This document shows, in pieces, positions 1 to 9,033 of a DNA stretch of 59,141 nucleotides; the stretch's first letter is position 1, and every line of letters begins with the position of its first letter. This DNA comes from a virus (lineage: Duplodnaviria > Caudoviricetes). The position numbers and the translations under genes were made by a program. Under the pieces are notes generated by a model that was given only the letters and a program-made list of their open reading frames with translations, was not told the origin of the DNA and did no database searches. The stretch covers positions 1 to 59,141 of the IMG/VR virus record IMGVR_UViG_3300031851_000029; one strand, 5' to 3'.

Positions 1-1225
1 TGTTAACTTCAGTAGAATCGTAGCCATCTCTATGCAAGTATTGGGGCATCCAGTTTCCTGGCATACGGCTTTCTACATACTGGCCCTTCTCGGGATCATG
101 CTCTAAGATACCTGCAATATCTTCTACATGTACAGGAGGCTCTCCATAAGAGCCATCATGAGTGTGGTTATTTAACTTCCACCTTATATCATGAATATTC
201 TCTGTAATCGTAGAGCCAACAGTGAACGTAGTATACGTTGCCGATACATCTAACTCTACATTCTTTATATAGAAAGAACTTTCATTGCTATATACATATG
301 TTGCATCTGAATAAACCTTCCCTGTCTCGTTGTTTCTCAAGTATAAGAAGCCTTCGGGGATAGTATCTCCGACTGTAAAGCTTTCTTGCAAAACAACAGG
401 AAGGTAAAGCTGTTCTAAATAACTTGCATCATTATCATCTAAAGCGGTAGATGTTTCTGCTTGATTAATTTTTCCATGAGTAATGATAGGCAAAGCTATA
501 GTGTAGTAATCGTCTATTGCTGTTGCTGTGCAACCTGAGCCTGTAGCCGCTTGATTTATGTCGGGAATTACATTGTAAGTAGAGCCCTGTACAGCTGGAC
601 CACCACCCCACTCTACTGGAGAAGTTTCATAAGTTACATAGTAGCTGTCTGCAGTGGGAAGTGCATGAAAAGTAGTCAGCCTCCCATTTGCAGTAACGCA
701 CCAATCGCCTGAAGCGTTAACATCATCATGAGTTGTTTTTTGATTTACAAAGTAAACTGCTGGATCAAATGATCCAGCAACAGTTACTGCTGTCGTATCA
801 TAAGGATTATAGTTTAATACAAACTCACGCTTAGCTGCACCTGCAGTAGGCAATTGCTCATCAAGAATTTCTGTAGTATAACGAGCACTAGCACCTTCAG
901 GGCCATAATTAGAAAGTTCAATTGGATTTAAAGCTGAAGCAGGTCCAATAAGTCTAGCAATGTTTGCTATGTCCAAATATGATTCTTCAGCTCCAGGCAA
1001 AGAACCTGCATCATTCAGCTTTCTGCCGTATTCTAAAGTAAGCTTTGTGCTTGAAGCGTCACTATAGGGGTAAGACTCACCCCATACATCTCCTACAGCT
1101 TTTTCAAGCTCTGAAGATACTCTTGAAAGGATCGCACTGTAAGCGTTTAACTTGTTAGCAACTAGTTGTTCTCCATCGGTCCATACGATATCTACACTAT
1201 TGCCTGATATTTTTTTATCTGCCAT
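1..1225 (-). CDS. Tail/baseplate-associated structural protein, possibly fibre-related (partial, runs off the window start)
   Basis: Not in the ORF track because it has no stop in the window. ATG at 1225 lies just after the previous stop. Reads MADKKISGNSVDIVW...IARLIGPASALNP...NHTHDG...PGNWMPQYLHRDGYD, and the frame is consistent at both ends. Follows the baseplate genes. Confidence 0.7.
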   Translation of the reverse strand, partial: MADKKISGNSVDIVWTDGEQLVANKLNAYSAILSRVSSELEKAVGDVWGESYPYSDASSTKLTLEYGRKLNDAGSLPGAEESYLDIANIARLIGPASALNPIELSNYGPEGASARYTTEILDEQLPTAGAAKREFVLNYNPYDTTAVTVAGSFDPAVYFVNQKTTHDDVNASGDWCVTANGRLTTFHALPTADSYYVTYETSPVEWGGGPAVQGSTYNVIPDINQAATGSGCTATAIDDYYTIALPIITHGKINQAETSTALDDNDASYLEQLYLPVVLQESFTVGDTIPEGFLYLRNNETGKVYSDATYVYSNESSFYIKNVELDVSATYTTFTVGSTITENIHDIRWKLNNHTHDGSYGEPPVHVEDIAGILEHDPEKGQYVESRMPGNWMPQYLHRDGYDSTEVN

Positions 1226-1226
1226 T

Positions 1227-3875
1227 TTAATGTCCTCTAGAAACTGGCGTTATAAACAAGCTGTAAGAATTAATTCCGCTTGCTTTAGGATTAATTGTCA
1301 AGAAATTGGCCCCACCAACGCCTGTACCTATATTGAAATCTTCTGTTACAAATCTAGCTCCGTATGGTATCGGAAGCGCTGGATTGCTTTTATCTACTCC
1401 GTTTAAATAAGCTGGAAGATCTAATCTAATTTTAATAGTATTAGATACAATAACCCTGCCAGATACCGGATCTTTTGCATAAGCATAAAACTCTACCAAG
1501 TCTGGTATAACAGCCACATAGCCACCTAGATTGAAATCTTGAGTAAAAGGTTCAGGTATAGTTAACAGCCTGTTATAAAAAGTCATGCTCGTAGGCTGAA
1601 CCTCATCTGGTCTTAAAGGATAGTAAGCTCCAGAAGACATATCGTTGGGATTCAAGATATCTTCTCTCCATTCATACAATACAACATTTGTTCCATCTAG
1701 AAAGGTTCCATTCCATTCCATAGCGTGAGGCTCATATAGCCATGCATAGCTTAACGCGTTTGGTTCATCCATGCGTGGGCAAGTTTCCGTGAGTACTATT
1801 TTTAATCCAGTAATCATAGAATCTGTAGAATCGTACATATTGATGATTTCTGCTATCTTTCTTCTGTACTTAATGGTGCTTCCATCATAAGTTACAAGCA
1901 AGTCAACAAAGCCATCTTCATATTGTCCTACACCATCATCAAAAAAACCTTGAACAGTAAAAGCAGAGAACCCTAGGGAGGTTCCATCTTCAAATGTTGC
2001 TGCAATTTCTCCGCTACTATGATCACAAGTTACTTTGTTTCCTACAGTACCAATAATGGGGTCATGTTTCAAAACTTGAAATACAGTAACATCTTCAGTA
2101 GAGACCCCTGGAGGTCTCTCTTCAAACGTCATGACCGTGTCGCTTCCATCATGCTGAACAGTTTTTATTCTTGTTGATACAGAATCCCAGTCATACGGAG
2201 AATTGTATATTGCACATATCTGTCCTGCACTATTAGTTAGCGCAGTATAAGTACTAGATGTTCCATTCAAGCTCCCAACTGTCGCTGGACTTAGAACTAT
2301 TGTAGTTTCAATATCTTCTACAACGTTGCCAACCGAATCATACACAGTCGCACACAGCTCTGAAAAATCTGTTCCATAATAAACCGGCCCATAGAGCTCC
2401 CCACCAATAAAGTCAGCTGAAGTTTCAAGTACAATACTGTCCACATGCTTTTCTACTGAAGAGATTTGAATTATTTTATTTGAAGTAGCATTTTTTACCG
2501 CTTTTATATCTAACCAATCAGATTTGTTACCACTTCTTTCTACATGGCTAGTTACTTCGTACTGAACTCTTGGCACAGCTTTGTATCTTAAGTAAATCTG
2601 ACTACTATCAGAGAAACTCATTCCATGCTGTATGTCGCTTATCTTGCTGTAAGCTGAGTGAACTTGAGGAACTGTTCCATCATACCCTCTGACACAATCA
2701 TAGAAAGAAGAGATTCCTTTAGAATAATAGAGAATTTTCTCACTGCCTATAGTTATAATGCCTTGACTCGGGTAACCATCTGCTTTAATACCTTCTATTA
2801 AGAAGGGGATTTGATGATCGTCTTCGTCTATAGCGTTTGAAAGCAGAAGGTCTTGAGCCTTGTAACCACCTATAGTGACAATTCCAAGATCTTCATCTAC
2901 GGCGTAGTGAGGATCGGTACTTTCTGAGAAGTTCAAATTCTTGACTTCATTTAATGTCTGAAATTTCCCTGCGCTGTCTACCACAATTACTTCTGTTTCT
3001 CCAGAAGCTAAAGGGAAGTAATTTGAAAAACATAACCTTCCAGTAGAGTTTGACTGCCCACAAGACTGGTAATGTTGATCAAGGATTTCTTGACTAAGGC
3101 TTTCTGTATGAGAGCCTATATCAATTGCATGTTCTCCATTCAACCAAAGAACATTATCTTCATCCACTTTAAACTCTAATTTTCTGTCTGCAACATTCTC
3201 TCTTATTAAAGAGCCGTCTGCGTCAGTAGTGTCTAGTCTGTAAGAAATTTCTCCTGAATCATCTATTTTGCCTGTAAAGTCGCTTACATATTTGAAGGCC
3301 CAGTATGGTCTTTTTATTAAATCCTTATCTCTAGTAAAAAGATTTACACTCACAGTGCTAAGAAGACAATCTTCTCTAAGCTGCAAATAATATAAATTAT
3401 CTGTCACAAGTAGATGATCAACTTTAGTTGTAAACGAATAATCAGAAAACAATCTAATTAAATGCCAGAATACAGCGTAAGTGCCAGTTTCAACTTTTGG
3501 CGTCCAAGTAGTGTGATCTTTATTTTTAAAAGGAGTATTCTTTATAAACTCTACTCCTTCAATTGTTCCAGATTGCCAATACTTCTGGAGTACACCTTCT
3601 AGTAAGCCGTATCTGTGCCCACCAAGATAAGTATTATACATCGTTCTGATGTTTGCTTCATCGGGTAGCAGCTTCTTGTCCCACTCCCAGCCTTCAATGG
3701 AATAGTCAGGGCTATATATCCCTGTTAAAGGAACAGTATCGTAAATATTCGATACAATATTCTCTATACTAAGGACAACTTCAGTCTTTTCATTTGAAAT
3801 GAAATCAATGTCAGAGTTGCCTGCAACCCCAACAGATATTGAACCAGAAGTCATTCCATTTTCTTTTAAAGACAT
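1227..3875 (-). CDS. Baseplate/tail structural protein (882 aa) with an Ig-like segment
   Basis: Long beta-rich ORF with AGGAG SD. The segment ATVYDSVGNVVEDIETTIVL...ALTNSAGQICAIY resembles a Big_1-type Ig fold. Lies downstream of baseplate J. Confidence 0.6.
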   Translation of the reverse strand: MSLKENGMTSGSISVGVAGNSDIDFISNEKTEVVLSIENIVSNIYDTVPLTGIYSPDYSIEGWEWDKKLLPDEANIRTMYNTYLGGHRYGLLEGVLQKYWQSGTIEGVEFIKNTPFKNKDHTTWTPKVETGTYAVFWHLIRLFSDYSFTTKVDHLLVTDNLYYLQLREDCLLSTVSVNLFTRDKDLIKRPYWAFKYVSDFTGKIDDSGEISYRLDTTDADGSLIRENVADRKLEFKVDEDNVLWLNGEHAIDIGSHTESLSQEILDQHYQSCGQSNSTGRLCFSNYFPLASGETEVIVVDSAGKFQTLNEVKNLNFSESTDPHYAVDEDLGIVTIGGYKAQDLLLSNAIDEDDHQIPFLIEGIKADGYPSQGIITIGSEKILYYSKGISSFYDCVRGYDGTVPQVHSAYSKISDIQHGMSFSDSSQIYLRYKAVPRVQYEVTSHVERSGNKSDWLDIKAVKNATSNKIIQISSVEKHVDSIVLETSADFIGGELYGPVYYGTDFSELCATVYDSVGNVVEDIETTIVLSPATVGSLNGTSSTYTALTNSAGQICAIYNSPYDWDSVSTRIKTVQHDGSDTVMTFEERPPGVSTEDVTVFQVLKHDPIIGTVGNKVTCDHSSGEIAATFEDGTSLGFSAFTVQGFFDDGVGQYEDGFVDLLVTYDGSTIKYRRKIAEIINMYDSTDSMITGLKIVLTETCPRMDEPNALSYAWLYEPHAMEWNGTFLDGTNVVLYEWREDILNPNDMSSGAYYPLRPDEVQPTSMTFYNRLLTIPEPFTQDFNLGGYVAVIPDLVEFYAYAKDPVSGRVIVSNTIKIRLDLPAYLNGVDKSNPALPIPYGARFVTEDFNIGTGVGGANFLTINPKASGINSYSLFITPVSRGH

Positions 3876-3914
3876 CTATAACTCCTGAAAAGTTTATGAG
3901 CAGATAACCTGAAG

Positions 3915-4799
3915 TTACTCTCCCCATTGTAAAGGATGCTCTATTAATATACTATTAGCTATCTTAGCACCATAAGAGTTAAGAAGCAACCTTTCTAAGT
4001 TACCTTCATCATTGATTAAAAGGTCTCTAGTTTTTTCTTTTAATGTGTCATCGTTAACTTCAAAAACTTTAACTGGTTGCCACATCATATTAAATGGAAA
4101 GCTAGAGTACACACCTTCAACTGATCCTCTTGCGATACTATAAGTAAACAGCCTACCGTTGATTTTATCAAAATAGTAATCACCAGGCTGAGTCATCGAA
4201 TTTAAATCTTCTACAGCGCTGGCAAAAACAAATGGATCTCCAAAATATGCAGACCTTACATTGCTTATAGGCAGCTGATTAAAAGTCGATCCATTTAAAA
4301 CAGATAGTCTATAAAAGACATCTGTATCATCAATCTTTATATTATAAGACTTCAAGTAATCTTCATACTCCAAAGACTTCTCTATTGAGAGAAATGGTAT
4401 CAGAGACAGCTGATTATAAACTTCTTTTAAGAAGTAAGCGTTTTCTTTTAAATTCGTATTGATTATATAGTCTGGATCAGACTTTCCGTAGTTCCAATTT
4501 TCCCAAACATGAATTTCACAAGACTTGATTTCAAGTCTTGGATCTTTTGCTAAAGGCACTCCTTCGCTATCGGTAACTAAAGAAATTTCAAGGACCCTTT
4601 TCTCAAAGAGTCCAACTTTTCTTTGTGGTGTCTGTACTATAGATTTTCTTTTAGGGGAGGGCGGCTCTTTTGAGTGAAGCAGCAACCTTCTTCGATATGC
4701 ATTCAGTGTCTCCTTTGGCAATCTTTGAAGCCCTAGATCTATGCCTATTTCATCAAGCGAAGTAGGAAACCTAAACTGCTCTGGAGTATACTTACTCAT
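3915..4799 (-). CDS. Baseplate wedge-type protein (294 aa)
   Basis: N-terminal LDEIGIDLGLQRLPKETLNAYRRRL matches the LD-x-G-x3-G-x-x-R-x3-E-x4-YR-x-R pattern of baseplate wedge proteins. Position fits. Confidence 0.6.
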   Translation of the reverse strand: MSKYTPEQFRFPTSLDEIGIDLGLQRLPKETLNAYRRRLLLHSKEPPSPKRKSIVQTPQRKVGLFEKRVLEISLVTDSEGVPLAKDPRLEIKSCEIHVWENWNYGKSDPDYIINTNLKENAYFLKEVYNQLSLIPFLSIEKSLEYEDYLKSYNIKIDDTDVFYRLSVLNGSTFNQLPISNVRSAYFGDPFVFASAVEDLNSMTQPGDYYFDKINGRLFTYSIARGSVEGVYSSFPFNMMWQPVKVFEVNDDTLKEKTRDLLINDEGNLERLLLNSYGAKIANSILIEHPLQWGE

Positions 4800-6417
4800 G
4801 CTGTACCTCTACACTATCGTAATGTTCTTTAAGCAGAAGCTTTTGCTTATTGAAGTCAGAAATAAATACATCTGATTTTAAATCATAGCGATGATAAGAA
4901 TCACCTGCACTTATACATAAGAAATTTTCTTTATCAAAGAAAATATCTTCTCCTTCAATAGCTTCTGGAAGCACATCATAACTCTTTACAGCTTGAAGCG
5001 ATTCGCACATTACTGCAGTCCTGCTTGTAACTTGAACTGTTTCTAAGCCAAGCATTTTTGTTTCACAATAAAAGTTCCATTGCCCAAGTTGATCAAATTC
5101 AGTATAAAATTTAAAATCTTCCCAAGTATTCTCTGGAAATCCACCTTCTGGTGGCAGTATGTTGCCAGAAAAATAATGGTAAGGTGCACTCCAGCTTAAA
5201 TCATCTTGGAGATACTCTTCTGTACCGTCTGGTTTAGCTCTTTTTATTGAAACCTTCTGAACAGGTAACACTAATGCTCTAAACCAAGTCCAAAGAGGAA
5301 TGGTCTCATTTAAAATAACTCTGTCTTTTAACGAAATAATATCCATATATGTATCATCACTTGGCGGGGTTCCACTGTTACTAAAATCTGTTAAGCTAGG
5401 TTCATACAAATGTACTCTTCCTGAGCTGTCTAAAATAAAAACTCTAGAGTCAACGGGGTTAACCGCCATCCCTACACCTAAAAATGTATTTGCGTCATCA
5501 TCTAAAAGTCTTTGTATTGCAAGATCTTCTTCTATTTCTTCTTCAAGATCCAAAACATCCAATCTACGATACTGGTGACCTTTAAGGTACCTAACACTCG
5601 TAGATCTTAAATGAGCTATACTGTCTGTATTCTCTAAATAAAAAGCTAGCGGACCTGAAAGATTGTTAGTGTTGCCTGTCTCCCACTTACTTAGAATTCT
5701 TCCAAAATCAGCTAAACCTTCGTAGCCATTACATAAATATATCTCTATATCACCATCAAATCCGTCCCATTCTACTAATTCTAATTTCTTAAAAATGTTT
5801 CTAGTTCGGTACCAACCATCATCTCTTACAGAAATGATTTCATTTACCTCATTTAGCTCGTCATCATAACCTTGAAGCCTAACATAATGCAAGCCATAAA
5901 AAGGTAAATCTTCTTTAGTTTGGCTATTTTTTCTTTTATAAGAGTCACTATTGAACACTCTTACTAACAATCTCTCTGAAACAATGTAGTCGTCTTCGAA
6001 ATATTCTGGATCGCTTGAAGACCAAACTTCTTTCTTGGTTACTTGTATTTTATCTTTTTTAACAATTCTACTTGGTACAGAATAAAGAAAGTCTTCAATT
6101 GAAGTAGCTCTCAAGAGAGGTATTTTAATACCATCTATTTCACCAGTAACTTTTGGGATTTTAAATATTCTCCTACCGTTCATAGTGATGATTTCAATTT
6201 GATCATCACCGTCTAAATCTACTTCATAAAGATTTCCATTAGAAGTATCTTCTTGCAATACTTTTAACATCTCACTTATTTTAACAGCATCGCTACCGTT
6301 TTTCGTAGAGAGTCCAGCATATGCTGTTAAAAATATGTTACCAAACGAAGAAGGGTCCTTCCTCATTCTTGCCCAAGCAGGAAAAACGTAAGTAATTCTT
6401 TGTTCAAAATAAGCCAT
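4792..6417 (-). CDS. Baseplate-region structural protein (541 aa)
   Basis: Directly downstream of baseplate J. N-terminal FP-x-W motif seen in wedge subunits. Confidence 0.5.
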   Translation of the reverse strand: MAYFEQRITYVFPAWARMRKDPSSFGNIFLTAYAGLSTKNGSDAVKISEMLKVLQEDTSNGNLYEVDLDGDDQIEIITMNGRRIFKIPKVTGEIDGIKIPLLRATSIEDFLYSVPSRIVKKDKIQVTKKEVWSSSDPEYFEDDYIVSERLLVRVFNSDSYKRKNSQTKEDLPFYGLHYVRLQGYDDELNEVNEIISVRDDGWYRTRNIFKKLELVEWDGFDGDIEIYLCNGYEGLADFGRILSKWETGNTNNLSGPLAFYLENTDSIAHLRSTSVRYLKGHQYRRLDVLDLEEEIEEDLAIQRLLDDDANTFLGVGMAVNPVDSRVFILDSSGRVHLYEPSLTDFSNSGTPPSDDTYMDIISLKDRVILNETIPLWTWFRALVLPVQKVSIKRAKPDGTEEYLQDDLSWSAPYHYFSGNILPPEGGFPENTWEDFKFYTEFDQLGQWNFYCETKMLGLETVQVTSRTAVMCESLQAVKSYDVLPEAIEGEDIFFDKENFLCISAGDSYHRYDLKSDVFISDFNKQKLLLKEHYDSVEVQHE

Positions 6418-6426
6418 TTACAAATC

Positions 6427-7698
6427 CTAAATTGCTAAGTCTAGTCTTTGAAACTTAATTTCTAGAGTTCCCAACTTTGCATATTCTTGTTTATCCACAC
6501 TGTAACTCATGGAGTCTAAAGTTAAACGTTCCGAGCTCTGAAGAGAACCTGAAAAACTTTTTCTTATGTAAACATGATCAAACATTTCCTCAGCAGTGCC
6601 ACGACCATGAATCGTAGATGTAATTCTAGCAGAAGAAGTTATTCGTGCATGAAGAGCCCTAAGTGAAACTTTGCTAATCACGCTATCTGTATTTTTTGAA
6701 AAATATTGATTCATAATCTGAATTATTTCTCTTCTAACAATATTTTGCGCTTCTATAGCTAACTTTTCTTTTGTATGAACTGTCAAGATAAAATCGAACT
6801 TAACTTCTACTCCAGGCATTGCTATTATTCTCAATCCTGCAGTTTGCAAACTAGATATTTTTTCTTGAACGGAGCCAACCATGTTCGTATTTGATTCTTT
6901 ATCAGTTCCAAAAACAAAAACAGCTGCAGTTCCGATTCCATAATAATTCGGAATTGTAGAAACGCTGCGAACTCCAGGAACAGTTAAGGCTCTCATGGCT
7001 ATTGCTGTTTCATTCGAAGAAGCTAAAGCAGTGTAATGGCTTGCAATCCTAAACCTTAAACTTTGATCATCTTCTAAATCTCTTCCATTTAGGATAGACC
7101 TTCTATTTTTACACAATAGTGTTTTTAGGTTAGATTGAGAATATCCAGTAAACGAATGAGAAAGCAAAACATTCTCTGCTACATTCATCGTTCTTCCAGC
7201 AGTCACAGCTTCAATTCCACAGTAAACTATACTGCCGCCAGCAGGAAGCGTATAAGCGCCCTTGGTCTTATAAGTAACTCTTTGCCCTGAAGCAATCCTA
7301 GAAGACGATTCTAAGGCTTCTCCTGCACTGACCACAGTGCCAGCAGGAATAGTAATGTCGCTTCCAGAATTAATATCTCCAAAAGTTCCAGAAGAAACAT
7401 AAAAGGCGAAATTCATTTCTATTGCATCACTGTTGGCAAACTGAACCTGAAGCCTACTTACTCCTCGATTTTCTCCAAGCGCATCTAAAGCTTTACCTTT
7501 AGCGCTTCCAATTTGTATGGCTTCAATAGCTTTCTCTGATCTTGCAGCGACAAGTCTATGCTCTGCAGTAGTTGCGTCAAGCAAACTCCTAGCTACACTA
7601 TCTGAAGCCCAGTGATTGACACCTGCTTTTTCTTTTAACTTGTTTTTTGTTCTGTCTACTACCTTGCTAAAGGGCTCTAAACTTGGTTTGATAGCCAT
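6427..7698 (-). CDS. Baseplate J-like wedge protein
   Basis: Motifs AKGKALDALGENRGVSR, IPAGTVV, NGRDLEDDQSLRFRI and ALTVPGVRSV are typical of baseplate J. Confidence 0.85.
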   Translation of the reverse strand: MAIKPSLEPFSKVVDRTKNKLKEKAGVNHWASDSVARSLLDATTAEHRLVAARSEKAIEAIQIGSAKGKALDALGENRGVSRLQVQFANSDAIEMNFAFYVSSGTFGDINSGSDITIPAGTVVSAGEALESSSRIASGQRVTYKTKGAYTLPAGGSIVYCGIEAVTAGRTMNVAENVLLSHSFTGYSQSNLKTLLCKNRRSILNGRDLEDDQSLRFRIASHYTALASSNETAIAMRALTVPGVRSVSTIPNYYGIGTAAVFVFGTDKESNTNMVGSVQEKISSLQTAGLRIIAMPGVEVKFDFILTVHTKEKLAIEAQNIVRREIIQIMNQYFSKNTDSVISKVSLRALHARITSSARITSTIHGRGTAEEMFDHVYIRKSFSGSLQSSERLTLDSMSYSVDKQEYAKLGTLEIKFQRLDLAI

Positions 7699-7705
7699 TT
7701 TTACC

Positions 7706-8134
7706 TCACACTAATCTTGGGATTAATCTATTTTCTCTCAAATCATATTCAATTTGTACATAAAGCGGTACATTAGAAGCAATTATTTTCCCATAAATTA
7801 ACACTGTAACTCTTGTCAATGCACTAGGTACTACTTCAACAACTAACGACTCAGGAGAAATTACCCCTTCAGCCATCAATACTGACTTGACTACACTTTT
7901 AATTCTTTCACCAGTTTCTCTGGTGTTTGGGAGTCCAGCAAAGCTGTCTAAACTTGCTCCAAATTCAGGGGACATGACCCAGTCTCCTCTAGATGACTGT
8001 AATCTTTTAATTATCGTTTGCTTTGCAACTCGACCTCCATCAGCAGTAGCTTTTTGAATGTCACCATTTGCTCCAAGCTTAAAGTCGCCTTCTTGACACC
8101 AGTGCAAGTCTATACTTTTTTTAGTAATTTTCAT
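7706..8134 (-). CDS. gp25-like baseplate wedge / sheath-initiator protein
   Basis: GDF...NGDI...IIKRLQSSRGDWVMSPEFGASL is the gp25/GPW-like pattern. Start moved to ATG 8134 (AGGA upstream), which removes the overlap with the previous gene. Confidence 0.8.
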   Translation of the reverse strand: MKITKKSIDLHWCQEGDFKLGANGDIQKATADGGRVAKQTIIKRLQSSRGDWVMSPEFGASLDSFAGLPNTRETGERIKSVVKSVLMAEGVISPESLVVEVVPSALTRVTVLIYGKIIASNVPLYVQIEYDLRENRLIPRLV

Positions 8135-8141
8135 AACAATC

Positions 8142-8480
8142 CTAGTCTTTCTCTGAAGCTGCAATTGCGCTCAAAGCGGCAATTGCTCCCGAAGCAACTA
8201 CGACAGGAACCAACATCGGTAACAAATCCATAAAAGGCGGCATAAAGAGAGACTGAGGCATACTTATTGGTCCAGCAAACATATCCATTGGAAATGGCAT
8301 AGGCATCTCCCCTGGAGTCATAGGCTTGTTGCCCAATCTAACTGAACCGCCCAAGGATGCACCATCTTCTGAGACTACGATATTGCCGTCTCCAGAACCC
8401 GTATTGATGACTACCTGACCACCTTCTTGAAAAGAAATATTTGCATCAGGGTAACCCATAAATTTTGTATTTACTGACAT
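8142..8480 (-). CDS. Small baseplate protein, possibly spike-related (112 aa)
   Basis: Short beta-repeat-like N-terminus followed by a Pro/Met-rich and hydrophobic C-terminus. Lies between hub and gp25. TAATG coupling. Confidence 0.4.
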   Translation of the reverse strand: MSVNTKFMGYPDANISFQEGGQVVINTGSGDGNIVVSEDGASLGGSVRLGNKPMTPGEMPMPFPMDMFAGPISMPQSLFMPPFMDLLPMLVPVVVASGAIAALSAIAASEKD

Positions 8481-9031
8481 TATTTGCCTCCGTTAATTTT
8501 GCTCATAATCTGACCAAGATTAGGCATCTTAAATGTAAAGGGACCACAAAGTGAAGCTATGGAAACAGGAAAAGTGGACTCAAGCTTATTCGCTATTTTT
8601 GCATCAGGGTATCCAGGCATTCCTGGAACTCCTATATCATCTAACAAATAAGCTTTACCTCTAGCAAGGTCTGAGGTGTTTTGTGAAAAAGCCTTGATAT
8701 AGAAAAGCCTCCCAATATAGTTTTCTTCTAATATTCCTACACTGTCCATTCTATCCGATGTTAGTACGTCGTTGTCAACTCTAACCCAAAAAGTTTTTGA
8801 TCCATTTCCACTATTTATTTCACCAATAAACCATAAACCTTTCTCATGCTCTAATTTTTCTGGTTCAAGACCGATACCTTCTATTCCACATATGTTTTTG
8901 ATTCGATAAGGACCGAAGCGTTTTAATTCCCTACTTGAGTGTATAGAAGCCTGTCTGCTTTCCTTATTGATTCTAGAACTGATAGCACTCTTGTTGCTAT
9001 CTCTTCCTTTATTTTTAAAAATATTTTCCAT
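8480..9031 (-). CDS. Hypothetical baseplate-region protein (183 aa)
   Basis: Tightly packed ORF between the hub and gp25 genes. Confidence 0.45.
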   Translation of the reverse strand: MENIFKNKGRDSNKSAISSRINKESRQASIHSSRELKRFGPYRIKNICGIEGIGLEPEKLEHEKGLWFIGEINSGNGSKTFWVRVDNDVLTSDRMDSVGILEENYIGRLFYIKAFSQNTSDLARGKAYLLDDIGVPGMPGYPDAKIANKLESTFPVSIASLCGPFTFKMPNLGQIMSKINGGK

Positions 9032-9033
9032 TT

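Noticed and set aside
758-779. Perfect 10-bp inverted repeat TGCTGGATCA-AA-TGATCCAGCA
   Set aside because: Single copy inside a coding region. One such repeat in 59 kb is plausible by chance.
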